The notes: a model not told the origin generated them from the sequence alone. Counted from the first letter of the stretch, positions 12,746 through 28,919 are shown. The stretch: 64,000 bases of DNA from Octopus sinensis (GCF_006345805.1 NC_043006.1:37820001-37884000); one strand, 5' to 3'. Program-made: numbers and translations.

Positions 12746-14205
12746 ACTGGTATCGTCTACTATAGTCTCGGACCAACCAAAGCCTTGTGAGTGGATTTGG
12801 TAGACGGAAACTGAAAGAAGCCCGTCTTATAAGTATATATATATATATATATATACGTGTGTGTGTGTGTGTGTATTTGTGTGTCTGTGTTTGTCCACCC
12901 AACATCACTTGACAACCAATGCTGGTGTGTTTGCGTCCCCGTAACTTAGAGGTTCGGCAAAAGTGACCGATAGAATAAGTACCAGGCTTATAAAGAATAA
13001 GTCCTGGGGCCGATTTGCTCGACTAAAGGCGGTGCCCCAGTATAGCTGCAGTCAAATGACTGAAACAAGTAAAAGAGTAAAAATCAAATTGACCCCAGTA
13101 ATTATTACTTTTTAAGCCTGGTGTTCATTCTATTGGTCTCTTTTGTTAAACTGTTACATTAAGGGAACATAAACAAACCAGCACCAGTTATCAGGTGGTG
13201 GTGGTGGGAGTGAAACACAGTGACAAACACACACATACACATATGATATTTCCATCTACCAAATCCACCTACAAGTAGAAGACACTAACCCAAGGTGCCA
13301 CACAGTGAGATTGAACTGGAAGCCATGTAGTTGAGAAGCAAGCCTCTAACCAAACACCCACACTGAGGAATTTTAGTTTTGTGCTCAAATGTGATAATTT
13401 TTTTAGAAGTTATTAATTTTCTGAGAATGAATACATGTTTTTTGTTATGTATGTTACACCAGAAAAATAATGTATGATTATAAATGGTTGTTTTAAGAAA
13501 TCCACAAAATATTTTTCATGAAATAAAATAACAGAGAATAATGTCCAATTAAGAGACACTGATATTTTTATGGAGATTATTACATTAATGGTTTTAAAAA
13601 AAGGGTTACTATTGCAAAAAAAAAAAATATCCTTATTTGTTGTAATGTTTTTTCACCAAAATTGCTTTTATTACAAATAATACATTTGGTAAAATATTCC
13701 TAGAAATAATTTTCATGATAATAAAACTAATTTAAAACAATTTACATTTAAACTTTAATTTTTTTTTTGATAAATTTCGTTATTGTTACAGGTTTTTAAT
13801 TTTCTTCAAAGGTGACCTCTTTCTACTATAAACCTTTTGTGACAAAATAGAAGTATTTTTACACTAATGATGTCTAAGGAGTCACAAAAAAATTCAAGAT
13901 CCCAAGGGGTGGGTGGAGCCATGAGCTAAAATGGCTGTGAGTTAGTGTTCTGTATAATCAATATTTAGTGAAATAAAACAACTATGATTATAGTCTGCAC
14001 AACTGTCTCCATTCCCAAAATATATCTTAACATGTTCTCTTTTCTACTTCTTATCATAGGGAGTTTTCACACACCTGTACTTTGTGTGTGCGTGTATATA
14101 TATATATAACGGGAAGCTTTATGAAAATAAACAAAAGACGAAGACAGGTGGAATACAAACAAACAATTGTATTAGTATGGCGCTCAGGAATATAAATAAA
14201 ACAAG

Positions 14206-14243
14206 TCTTTTACGTTTCGAGCCTACGCTCTTCAACAGAAAGA
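14206..14243 (-). ncRNA. Minimal type I hammerhead motif, A6U variant, inside a short repeat (14110-14312)
   Basis: Reverse complement: tcttt-CTGTTGA-A-GAGC-gtag-GCTC-GAAAC-GTA-aaaga; 5-bp stem I and 4-bp stem II. Confidence 0.6.
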
Positions 14244-14428
14244 TACACAGAAAAGAAACACAGAAAGAAACAAGGAGAGAAAAAAAATGCGTGCAGAAGC
14301 TAGCGAATCAACATGTATATATAAATTAGAAAAAAACACCTTTTATCAATTCAATAATGAAAAATTAGATTATACCATTTAGAAAAATTACATATTATAG
14401 AAAGATTCAATATAAGATAAAACATATT

Positions 14429-14555
<127 letters not shown>

Positions 14556-14640
14556 ATTGTCACATATTATTTTACAGATAAATTTCCTCTATTTACATAA
14601 TATTGAGGTCTCTTTCTTTCTTTTGTTATCTTACCGTCTT

Positions 14641-14681
<41 letters not shown>

Positions 14682-14801
14682 CTTTAAGCATGGCACACAC
14701 ACACACACAAACACACGTTTTTCAAAATGTAAAAACATGTGAATCGTTGGCAATTTTTTTCCCTCCATCTTCCTTTTCTATTGGACTTTCCTATGTCTCC
14801 T

Positions 14802-14834
14802 GTTTCTGAAGAAGAGCTCTGCTTGAAACAAAAC
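14802..14834 (+). ncRNA. Decayed minimal hammerhead motif (cleavage triplet damaged)
   Basis: gttt-CTGAAGA-A-GAGC-tct-GCTT-GAAAC-a-aaac; same family as 30367-30401. Confidence 0.45.
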
Positions 14835-14957
14835 CACCTTTTTTCCTTCCTTGAGCGTCTGCTAATACTTTACATGTACCACATCCTTGTGTTGTTTTTT
14901 TGTGTTTGTTCTTCATTTTTTGGGATTTACTATATATACATATACATACATATATAT

Positions 14958-15257
14958 AATTGAAAAAAATTGGAGTCACCCCGAAGGGATATGGTCAGAC
15001 ATTTATTTTTTAATCACTACAATTGCTTCCACAAAATATAGTTCTTCAGGTATGCAGGTACTTGATTATGCAACCAGAACTATGGAGACAATATTTACAT
15101 ATTGCCTCAGGAAACACAACTAGATCTCATAATGCAGGGAAGAGTTTACATAATCAAGTACTTGCATACCTCGAGAACTACATTGCATGGAAACAATTGT
15201 AGTGATTAAGAAATAAATGCCCAACCATACTCCTTGTTGACTCCAATTTTTTTAATT
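14958..15257. repeat. Inverted repeat (~115-bp arms) carrying the 3' half of a hammerhead and AATAAA
   Basis: 14958-15075 is the reverse complement of ~15145-15257; GAAAC-AATT-GTA-gtgat at ~15190-15206, then aataaa. Confidence 0.7.
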
Positions 15258-15335
15258 ATCTATTCATACACGACTGATGTAATCAACTAGACCCCTCCCA
15301 CCAAATTTCAAGCCTTGTGCTTTTAGTAGAAAGGA

Positions 15336-15366
<31 letters not shown>

Positions 15367-15399
15367 TATTATTATTATTATTATTATTACTATTCTTTC

Positions 15400-16130
15400 C
15401 ATAGCTTGTCTCCTTGACGGAGCTGCAGTCTTGGGTGAAAAAAAGACTGAGACTGGGTGCCTGGCACCTAGAATGTTGTCAGGCACTCATAGCCCTCTAC
15501 CAGTCGGGCAATGGGATCGGTGGATGTCCCGCTTTAGAAATTTATAGAGAATTAGTGATGGGGAAGTGTGACAATGTTCTCGGGGAGACTCTGGGTGCTG
15601 ACAAGAACCAACTAGTTAGTCTGTTCCAGAGGACTCTCCAGTCGGGATCTATCATGGATAATTTCCAGATGTCTTTAGCCTGGCAGTGCTACCAGGGCTG
15701 GGGACACAACCAGTTCGAGACAAACCCTACAGGCACAGATGTGCTATCAGAGGGACTTTTTCAAGGTACGCGCAGAGTGATGAAACTGTTTTGCACACCC
15801 TCATTCAGTGTTCGGGCATTGCTGACTTGTGGGATTATGTTGAACACCAACTGTCACATATGGGACGGAACCGTCTGTATGCCAAGTCTGTAGTGATGAT
15901 TGCACTGCCGCCCTCTTTCAGTGGGGCAGGCAAGGAAATTTTCCTTTGCCAGGTGGCTGTGGTGAAAGAGGTTGTTTGGTAGACAAGGTTGAAAAGCATG
16001 AGGACAGATACAGTTCTCTTTGGTAGAGCTCTCATTGACTTCTTCAAGTTCCACTTGAAAAGGAAATTGAGAATGGAGAGGGAAGTGCTGTCCTTGAGTG
16101 AGTTTACTGCAAGGTGGATGAAAGTTGCGA
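15400..16130 (+). mobile_element. L1/Tx1-clade LINE C-terminal fragment
   Basis: SLAWQCY ... PVRDK ... DETVLHTLIQC..IADLW ... AVVKEVVW matches the L1/Tx1 zinc-knuckle region; frameshifted. Confidence 0.65.
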
Positions 16131-16354
16131 AAATGTAGAAAGTGTAGACCTGCGAGTCAGAAAGAAGGAATTGGAGAGGACACTTGCTCCGAGAGTTTCA
16201 GTGAAATCTCGGACAGTGAAGTTCCTCAATTATCCCTAGAGGCCTTTCTGTATAAGGAGGGCCTGTCTCTATCATCCTCCCCGCCACTTTTTTTTAACCT
16301 TTGTATGCTATGCTTTTGTCACTTCTTTTTCAGTGTATACCATGTATACTTTTT

Positions 16355-18422
<2,068 letters not shown>

Positions 18423-19104
18423 ACTTTTGTTTTTATCATTTCATTATTATATGTAAACCCCAACACTCTGTTCGTCTCTATATTTGCCCCTCATTCTTTG
18501 CCCTTGTGGCAAATAAATGAAATCATTACTATTATTATAATAATTATACATTCTTCGAAAAAATTTCAGACCTCTATCATATCACCATTTATTTTTAACT
18601 TGCCTATGTTGGCCACTACCAATATAGCCGTTTACATATTTAAATATTTAACATTATAACTATATCATTATAACTATATCATTTACATTCTTACATTCCA
18701 CAATTTCCACATCTGTTACCATTTATTGATTCCAGTTCCAGTTTCACTCTTAGTTTTTGATTTCCTGTTTCATTCATTTCTTCATTGACACATAAATAAC
18801 CATTTGAAGCTTTCTCTACAACTTATTAATAACCATCTAATGACATTATAGTTTTAAATTTGAAGATATTTGTCAAGTCCAGTACAGGCTACTTAAGTAT
18901 TTATTAGAACCAGAGAACTTCATGAAGAACATTCCACAATTCTCAACATCTTTCATTAGGATTTATTGGTTGAATAATCTACTTTCCATATTTTAGTACA
19001 GTAAACAAGAAAGCTATTTCAATTTCAATTTAGATGCAACAAATGGTGAAGTACACAATGTTTATGTCTGAAACTAGAAACATCAAGATTTGCCATGAGA
19101 TGTT

Positions 19105-19685
19105 GCATGTGGCTGTGTAGTTAGAAGCTTGTTTTGCAACCACATGGTTCCAGGTTCAGTCCCACTGCACAGCACCTAGTGAGTGGATTTGGCAGACAGA
19201 AACTGAAAGATGTCCAGAAACTGAAAGGCGGTGAGCTGGCGGAAACGTTAGCACACCGGGCGAAATGCTTAGCAGTATTTCGTCTGCTGTTACGCACTGA
19301 GTTCAAATTCTGCCAAGGTCGAATTTGCCTTTCATCCTTTTGGGGTCGATAAATTAAGTACCAGTTGCATACTGGGGTCGATGTAATTGACTTAATCCCT
19401 TTGTTTGTCTCCTCTATGTTTAGCCCCTTGTGGGCTATAAAGAAATAAAAAACTGAAAGATGTCCATTGTGGATATATTTGTGTGTCTTCATGTCTGAGT
19501 TTGTCCACCCGCCACCACTTGACAACCAGCGTTGGTGTGTTTACGTCTCCATAAATTAGCAGTTTGGCAAAAAAACTAATAGAATAAGTACCAGGCTTAA
19601 AAAGAAAATTGTACTGGGGGTCAATTCTTGAAGGTCGTGCTCCAGCATGGCCACTGTCTAATGACTGAAACAAGTAAAAGATAAA
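19105..19685 (+). mobile_element. SINE family A with a nested family B SINE (19225-19447)
   Basis: aactgaaagatgtcca is duplicated at 19201-19216 and 19451-19466 around the inner element. Confidence 0.8.
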
Positions 19686-19935
19686 AGTTCACAGAAAAGG
19701 TACAGATCTTTTTCTTTCTTTTTACTTGTTTCAGTCATTTGACTGTGGCCATGCTGGAGCACTGCCTTTAGTCGAGCAAATTGACCCCGGGACTTATTCT
19801 TTGTAAGCCCAGTACTTATTCTATCGGTCTCTTTTGCCGAACCGCTAAGTGATGGGGACGTAAACACACCAGCATCGGTTGTCAAGCAATGCTAGGGGGA
19901 CAAACACAGACACACAAACACACACAGACACACAA

Positions 19936-19978
<43 letters not shown>

Positions 19979-21469
19979 ACAGGCTTCTTTCAGTTTCCGT
20001 CTACCAAATCCACTCACAAGGCATTGGTCGGCCTGGGGCTATAGCAGATGTGTTGATTCTTATTTAAGCCCTTCACTCCCAATCAAGCATTTTCAATGAC
20101 TCTTCTCTACTGTTCTAATCCTGTCTTTCTTTTCTATTTCTCTCCGGTTGGATCCATGCTTTACAGCTCTACCTCACACCCTGAAGTAAGACCTTGCTCT
20201 CTCAGGTTCATTGGTCCCGAATTGTCATTAATGCTTCTGTAACTTTGCTTTTTCTCTAGGCAGCAGGTGTCAGCTCTAAGCAAGCCCATTTCTATCTCTG
20301 GGAAGAGGTAATCCATTAGTGTGGCCTCTATACTTTCATCTGTTAAGTATGGGAGACCCTACCAGGAGCTTGTGGTGGATACCTATTCTTTGGAGTTTAT
20401 TAATTTTCGAGCAAAAAGCAGCAAAACTCTGAAATCCAAAGCTGACCAATACTAAGGACACAAGAAACAAGCATCTCATGGAGAGGACTGAGATGGTTGA
20501 AGATCTATTGCAAGGCAACTGCAACATTGTTAGCAAGGCATAGCTGCCATGGCTGCTTCGAACAAAACAAGAGATCATATGGAGATAATTTAAAAACAAA
20601 ACAATTGATAGATTTGAGGAATCAAACAGTAGAATAGAATTATGTTGGAAAAGTGATAGACATGTTTGTGAAAGGCTGAAATATTATAGGATAGGTTTTC
20701 CTATCAGAAACCAAAGAAGGTGCTTTTGGGACTAATTTAGCTAATTGGAGCTGAAAAGAAAAACTGAATACAGCCATAGAGGTCAACTATTCCAAAATCA
20801 GTCCTGATGAGAATACTGATGGACAACAGCTTGAAAACTTGCAAGTCCTCTGCTTTGGTTATGATTCAGCTTTATACAAATAATTACTGGTACACTTGAC
20901 TATGTAAGTGAATGTTTGAAAGGGAATCCAGAAAAGTTAGGGTTTTCAAGCGGAGAAAGTGACATGGTTAACACGCACCTTGCAAATACAGTCTGCAGGC
21001 AGAACAATAAAAATATGCAAAAACTTTCTAAAGTTTAGAATGTAATACATTGGATAACATAACGTTATCCAAGTCAAACAATGGAATTTTACACAGGGAA
21101 TCTGGCAACAGAAAGAATTCAAATAGAAAACAACAACATACATACATGCATATACATATGTACATATATGTGCATGTTGTGTATGCATATATATTTATGT
21201 TATGAATCTCTTTCTCTCTCTCTCTCTCTAAAATCTACAAGGTTTTTTCCAATTCTCTCTCTCTGTTTACTTTCTCTTATTCCTTTCTGTTGAAGAGCTT
21301 GAAACGTAAAAGACTTTTTCATTTTCCCAAGTGTCAAACTAATAAACTAATACACCTGCTTGTTCTTCATACACCTGTCTTTCTCTTTTTCCTATAAATT
21401 TCAACTATGTATGTATGTATGTATGTATATATGTATGCATGTGTGTGTGTATGTGTGTGTGTATGTATA

Positions 21470-21521
<52 letters not shown>

Positions 21522-22265
21522 CATGTGTGTGTGTATATGTATGTATATAAAGACACAGGCATAGCTGTGTGGTAAGAAGCTTGCTTCCTTAACACATGGT
21601 TCTGGGTTCCGTCCCACTGCATGGCACCTTGGGCAACTGTCTTCTACGATAGCCTCAGGCCAACCAAAGCCTTGTGAGTGGATTTGGTAAATGGCAACAG
21701 AAAGAAGCCTGTCGTATATATATATTTATATATGTATGTATGTATATGCTTGTGTGTCTGTATTTCTCCCCCACCATCACTTGACAACTGATGTTGGTGT
21801 GTTTATGTCACCGTAACTTAGCAGTTCATCAAAGAGACCGATAGAATAAGTACTAGGCTTAAGTTAAGTCCTGGGGTCAATTTCTTCGACTAAAAGGCAG
21901 TGCTCCAGCATGGCTGCAGTCAAATGACTGAAACAAATAAAAGTATATATATATCCATCCAACCCATGCTAGCATGGAAACCGGACGTTAAACGATGATG
22001 ATGATGATATATATATATATATATATATATGGTTCAGGGGTGGGTATGTGGTTAAGAAGTTTGCTTCCCAACAATATGTTTTCGGGATCAGTCTCACTGT
22101 GAGGTACCATGAGCAATAATGTCTTCTATTTTAGCCTTATGAATGGATTTGGTAGACGGAAACTTCAAGAAGCCTGTTGCATAAGTGTGTGTGTGCACAT
22201 GTATAGTATGTATATTGCATGTGTGTATACATATATATTTATGTACGTATTTATGTGTGTGTGTA

Positions 22266-22324
<59 letters not shown>

Positions 22325-23029
22325 TATACACATATACACATATATATATATATATATATGGAACAAAAACACAATAGAGGACAATAAAACATTTGGACAG
22401 ATAGATGATACAAAGGCGGACAAGAGAAACAACAATTAGAAGGACAGGCAAAAAATACGGGTCATTTGTGGCCATCTTTCCTCAGTATAGTACCAGAAGT
22501 TATGACAGTTTTGGGCAGTTACACTTGAGACAGTTCAATCTACACATTTATACACACACACACATGCACAAATACATCAAAATATGTATGAGGTAAATTT
22601 AACAGGGTTAGACTACAGCTATTTGGGCTTTCACTGCAGAACTTAAAAAGATGTAAATACATTTTTGTTTTTCTCTTTGCTCACAGATAAATAGATTATC
22701 CTGGCATATTTTATTGCCAGTTGGCTATAAAGCTATCAAAGAATATTAATCCTCATCTTTATTGTCATGTAGAAAATTTATAACAGTCACTATTTAAAGC
22801 AAACACAAACCAGAACTTAGTTGTAATGGTTAGGCTAAACTGCATGCCATGTGATAGTCTGTAGGATAATTATGAAATTAACAAATATTTTATGTAGAAC
22901 AGAATGTACCTTAGAAAACTGAAATTAAGTTTAATGTAACTGAGCTACAGCTTTTCAGGTGTTTTCTATAAACAAAAGTAAATACATTTAAATATATCTT
23001 GTTATTCCTGATAAAACTAATAAAAAAGA

Positions 23030-23600
23030 TTATTCAGATATGTTCATTCTCTGATGAGCATAGGACAATGTATTTTGTAGTTGCTACAATAAGAATAGTA
23101 TATAGAAAATTCAGAGAGCTTTTACCTCTGTTAGCAACAAAAGGTCTTTCTCTCCAAGTGAAAAGATTGTACGATATTTGTGTACAAGTGGTGATGCTAT
23201 ATCGTAATAATACATGAGTCTGCAATGCATAGGATATGCAAAAACTAGAGAAGAACGAAGTTAGTATATTCCATTGGATGTGCAATGTCAGTGTGCATGA
23301 TGTACAATAAAGTACAAGTGTATAGAGAGAAAAGTTAGGAATAAAAAGAACTAGAAGTAATGTGCAAGAGAGAAGGCCATCTTTGTTTGGTCATGTGATG
23401 CATATGAACAAGGGCTTTTGCATAAACAAGTGCCACTCACTTAAAGTGGATGGAACTTGTGGTAGTGGCAGACCCAGGAAGACATGGGAAATAGTATAGA
23501 AGGCCAATCTCTGGATATTGAGCTTTATGGAGGAGATGATTGGTGTTCTGCTGTGCTCAAGAAAACCTGTCCACTTGAGCAGAAATGATATCCTAAAGCC
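23030..23600 (+). mobile_element. Decayed RTE LINE 3' fragment
   Basis: RKFRELLPLLATKGLSLQVKRLYDICV...MLY and ...VDGTCGSGRPRKTWE; same family as 3058-3297. Confidence 0.8.
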
Positions 23601-24957
23601 ACTTTGGTAATGTTTGTACACGAAGGGCTCTGCCCCACCTCCACATCTCATCCCCTAGCTCTCATCACTTCTCTGTCTAGGGTGCTATTTAACTTTTGGA
23701 GCAGAATAGGTACACGTTATGTCCCCTCCCTTTTGATTACCTTCCTCCTCACCCTCTCTGAAATCACTTCTGATTTTCATTCTTTTCTCTTCCTATTATT
23801 TCCACCAATCACCTCCTTTATGTACCTTCAGCTATTGCTCTCTCCTCTTGCTATACTCCATCCTTGAACCCCCTCTAATCTACTGTCATTCTCAATGCTC
23901 ACGTATATCTACCATAACTGCACCCTGCCCCCAGAGCCACTTCTAAATATCTCACCATCACTTATTCTAGTCATCTCTATCCTATCTTATCCCCTCTATC
24001 CTTCCCCTGCCCATTCATCCAGTTCAAACCTATAACCCTTATATTCACCCCACCACCCAATGTACCTTGAAGGTAGTCAAAACACATCTCCACCACCATT
24101 TCTTTCTCTCTGTCTCTCTATCTCTATTCCAACTGGGATAGCTGTAGCAAGACACTTATCTCTATCCCACCATTATACTTGTTAACCTGTCATCAACTGG
24201 CACAAAACCACTTCCCTCAATGCTATTTGCTAACTCAGTAAGGTGCCTTTGTCTCACAAGTTACTAGGTGACCTTGCCAATGCTGGCACCATGATAAAAG
24301 CACCCAGAACTCTCTGTAAATTGGTTGGCATTGGGAAGGGCACCCAGCTGTAGAAACCATGCCGAAGCAGGCAACAGAGCTTGGTATGGTCCTCAGGTTT
24401 GGCAGCTTCTATCAACCTATACAACTCATGCTAGCATGGAAAGCAGACATTAAAAGATGATGATGTTGATGATATGTATATAGATATATGTTCGGCATAT
24501 CCTTCTTGTCTTTTCTCCAGGAGCAGTGACTTCTTTCAGTCTATTCCAAAGAGACACTAGCACGCATACACACACACACACACACACACACATATATTGG
24601 TAAAGTTATGTGGAATAGAAAATTATTGTTAGTCATTTTTGATCTGAGTATGGATGCCCATTTCTCTGCCAATATCAGTGACTTAACAGGAACATGTCTG
24701 CTAACCAAGTTGATGAAGTTCTCGATAACAGAAGATGCATTTATCGAATTGACAGTGTCCTAGTTATGAACATCCTAACCTCCAGAAAGAATACAGAAAG
24801 AATGAAGAAAAACCTGTACTTGTCTTTTTACAAACCAGACATATATAACAGTTACTAGTAACAATATGGTATTTACTAATTTCTTAGATGTTACTTTAAA
24901 TTTATGCCAGTCAATGCTGTCTATAGAAAAAAAAACTTGAAAAGAACAACCAATTAC

Positions 24958-25076
24958 ATTCCACGCACACTAGATGTATTGGCAGCAACATACTTCACAA
25001 CATGTTCTTCATTCTCTAATATCTCAGCCATGAGAAAAAAGAAATTACTAACTCAGCTATATATTGCAAAGAAGTT
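24958..25076 (-). CDS. Candidate exon containing a start codon (MAEILENEEHVVKYVAANTSSVRG, phase 2); product unknown
   Basis: Non-repetitive sequence; acceptor ttttcatcag, ATG at 25031, donor AT|gtaatt. No homology recognised. Confidence 0.22.
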
Positions 25077-25620
25077 CTGATGAAAACTAGATTCAATGGA
25101 AAATAAATATATGAAAGAAACCATTAAACCCACTGTCAACAATAAGATAAGATAAAGCATCACTTAGTATAATTTATTTTTTTAATATGACTAGCAAAAT
25201 GGCAATAGCAAATAATTTCTTGAAATTAACGAGAAAACATTTTCCTCATCACCATAAATATCACAAAATATTCAACAAAAATGTTACCAACATTTTATAT
25301 TCTAACTACTAACACACTTGCTTTTAATTTACTTAAACTTGATAAATGTCTTACAAAGCAAATCAATAATGAGGGCAAATGTATTAAGAACAACAACATT
25401 TGTCCATTAGAGTCTGTCTGTCTGTCTTGCTATGGATATAATTTATCAATGTATAATAAAAACAAATAATACATCAAACACCCACACACACAAACACACG
25501 TATAAATGTGCATGTAGGTGTGAGAACTTTGAATGGATTTGGTGTAAGCCATATATATATATATATATATAATATACACATGTATATATATATATACACA
25601 TGTATATATATATACACATG

Positions 25621-25652
<32 letters not shown>

Positions 25653-25660
25653 ATATATAT

Positions 25661-25715
25661 ATATTATTAGTGAATGGAATAAATGGAGTTTCTATTTCAT
25701 CTTTCTATTTCAACA
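25661..25715. mobile_element. Ends-only miniature of the 32684-33965 element, within (TA)n
   Basis: atattattagtgaatggaataaatggagtt matches the left end (32685); ttcatctttctatttca matches the right end (33943-33959). Confidence 0.7.
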
Positions 25716-26649
25716 TATATATATATATTATATATATATATATATATAATATATATATATATATATACATACATACATACATATATATATATATGGGGGG
25801 GGGGCTTACATCAGATCTATCCAAACTTCTCTATATTCAATACATGAATAAGTTCTAAGATGAAAATAGAAGTAAAGACACCACGCAATTCTCATTCTTT
25901 TGAGAGTTGAAAAAGAAAAATTAACAAATATTCCATACTAATCTATATAATAATCTGCTTGTTCATTCACCCATTACACTTCAGTTAGTTAGAGAGGTGG
26001 TGTAAAAGTGAGAGAGAGAGAGTGAGAAGAGAAGAAAGAAGTGAGGAAGAAGTAGAGAAAGATGTATAGTAAGGCCAAATATGTCATGTGGTTAGTTGAA
26101 GGGGGAGCGAGAGAAAAAATGGTGAGAGAAAAGAGGGAGAGAGAAAGAGAGTGAGAGAAGTAGGGCGGGGAGGGAAAGGTAAAGAGAAAGAGATATGTTT
26201 AGCAGAGGGTGATATTCTGGTGGTGAGGTTAAAGAAAGGCAGATAGAGAGAGGTGGACAGGAGAGGCAGTTACATTAAGAGAGAAAGAAGCAGAGAGCAT
26301 TTGTATTGTCAGAGAAGATACAGAGAAGAGGAGGGGGAGGGAGAGACAGGAAGAGGGAATGTAAGAGTGAGTGAGCGAGTAGATAGCCAGTTGATGCATT
26401 ATGCTGTCACCCATGTGGTTAATGGAAGCGAGAGGTGAAGAGAAAGAGAAATGTTAAAGACATGGAGAGAGGAATTACATGATTAAAAAGTTTACTGAAG
26501 AGGTAAAGAGAAAGAGAAATATAAAGTGTTTAGCTGAGAAAAATCTTAAAATCATATAATTCATTATTGTCACTGGAAGTGAAATAACCAAACAGAATAA
26601 AAATAAAAATGTTAATCATCCTTTCTTTCTTAAATAGCTTCTCTTAGGT

Positions 26650-27230
26650 TTCATCTAGGTTGTCCCATAGGATGCCCCTTTCATAGTGGTTTTGGTTGTG
26701 CATACTATAGGAGCTACATGGCGCTGCTCCATGTGGACCCGCAATTTCCATCTAACTAGGAATATTAAGGTCTCATCCATTGTCTTGTATTCAAGATCCT
26801 CTGCATGACATCCTGCTAGTTCAAAGCCAGGAATCTGATCTGTTAAGTCCTGCGAATAACTAAATCCACACCCTGCTGCCAACGCTTTGATTTATTGTTG
26901 TTAAGGTTTTGTCTGTTTCCTACCCTTCGACCTGTCTGGCCTGGTAAGACCTGCCTGAAGATTTCTCTCCCTCCAGCATAGCTTTCGGGTCAATGGAGCA
27001 CACAGGCACTTCACCGTGGCAATATACTGGTTGAATTGGCTGTTGACTACACAGTAGTTCTTCTGCTCCTAGACGGGTTTTATTTTTTGTCCTGCAGGCT
27101 GTCCAACAATCACCCTCCTCACCAAGCAAACTTGATAAGGTTGCCAGTTTAGTCGCTGACGACCCAACCATGCGACAGGTTGTACTAGGTTACATGTTGC
27201 CAGTAGCCCTCAAGAGCGACCTGACAAGCT
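26650..27230 (-). mobile_element. Probable RTE LINE 5' UTR and decayed endonuclease start
   Basis: Reverse complement ttgccacggtgaag...ccattgacccgaaagctatgc...gccagacaggtcgaagggtag resembles RTE 5' UTRs as I recall them. Confidence 0.4.
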
Positions 27231-27884
27231 TCTCTTAATCTTTTTCATTTTATGCAATTACCATAAGTCCCATTAGTATACTATGAATTAGAATATAATT
27301 GTAAGAATTAAATGATACAATGAAAATTAAAACAAAAAAATGTAACTTATGCACCAAAGAAACCTACAAAACTCTATTTGTGAAAAGAATTTTATAAATA
27401 AACTCAGAAAGAAACCCTTCATGTTGGCATAAAATTTACAAATCCTTTCATATACTTTAAACCCATAATATAATCCAGGATTTAAAGTAATATTTTTAAC
27501 AGCATACATTCATATTTTCAACATACTATAAGTGCAGGCATGGCTTTGTGTTAAGAAGATTGCTTCCCAACTAAAAGGTTCCAAGTTCAGTCCCACTATG
27601 TGGCATGTTGGGGAGGTGTCTTCTACTATAGCCTCAGGCCAACCAAAGCCTTGTGAGTGGATTTGGTAGATGGAAACTGACAGAAGCCTGTCTTATATAT
27701 ATGTATATATATATATAGGCGCAGGCATGGCTGTGTGGTAAGAAGCTTGCTTCCCAACCACATGGTTCCAGGTTCAGTGATCCACTGCGTGGTACGTTGG
27801 GCAAGCAACTTCTACTATAGCCTCAGACCAACCAAAGCCTTGTCAGCTAAGTGGATTTGGTAGACGGAAACTGAAAGAAGCCTG

Positions 27885-27942
<58 letters not shown>

Positions 27943-28032
27943 AGGGAGAGTTTATGAAACAAACAAAAGACGAACACAGGTGGTGTACAAAACAAACAGA
28001 TGTATTAGTATACTGCTCAGGAATTGAAAAAG

Positions 28033-28070
28033 TCTTTTACGTTTCGAGCCTACACTCTTCGACAGAAAGA
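28033..28070 (-). ncRNA. Minimal hammerhead motif, A6U family
   Basis: Reverse complement: tcttt-CTGTCGA-A-GAGT-gtag-GCTC-GAAAC-GTA-aaaga. More decayed relatives at 21283-21313 (+) and ~56447-56484 (-). Confidence 0.55.
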
Positions 28071-28919
28071 GACACAGAAAAAACAAGGAGAGAAATAAAT
28101 GTGTGTAATGGCTAACGATCTATCATGGTGACTAGGCATGGCGACTAGGCATGGCTACATGGTAAGAAGCTTGCTTGCCAACCACATGGTCTGGGTTCAG
28201 TCCCACTGCATTGCATGTTGGGCAAGTGTGTGTGTGTATGTTTGCGTGTCTGCATGTTGGGCAAGTGTCTTCTACTATAGCCTCAGGCCAACCAAAGCCT
28301 TACCAAGGACCTATAATCCATTAAGGGATGTTTACATCCTAGTTCTCTGCTTTTTCCCAGTGTTCAGTGAAAAGCTAAATGCATTAGTTTTGTATTGATG
28401 GATGTATTTAAATTATTTATGAATGAGAAAAAGAAGAAAATAGAGAAATTGACACATAGACACCAGTTTATTCAAAGATATTCAAATCAATATAATATGA
28501 AAGTCTTATCCCTACAGACATTTCCATCTAATTAATTCAATTAGAGAAATTAGATTAAAACAAATTAATTTAAAATTTTCAGATTTGAACAATTTAATTG
28601 GGTAATTCATCAGGGGAGAATTTACCAGAAGGAGTTACATTCCAATGTGTTGGTCGACTTTTGTATATATATATATTTACATGTGTGTATCTGTGTATGT
28701 CCCTCAACCATCACTTGACAACCGATGTTGGTGTGTTTACATCCCCATAACTTAGCAACTTGAAAAAAGAGACCAATAGAGTAAGTACTAGGCTTGGAAT
28801 AAGTCTTGGGGCTTGATTTTTTCGACTATGACCCTTTAAGGCAGTGCTCCAGCATGGATCCAGTCAAATGACTGGAGCATGTAAAACAATAAAAGAGTAA
28901 AAGAATACTTCTAGATATT

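Noticed and set aside
11460-13950. Possible outer TIRs of the hAT transposase remnant
   Set aside because: Left cagtgtttcc is plausible, but the right TIR and TSD are too degenerate to support.
20804-20845. Isolated CTGATGA hits (also ~23051, 25078, 31455, 41172, 61107)
   Set aside because: No convincing stem II, GAAA, stem III and stem I combination.
26900-27230. HDV-like ribozyme expected at an RTE 5' end
   Set aside because: I could not build the P1/P1.1/P2/P3 double pseudoknot by eye.
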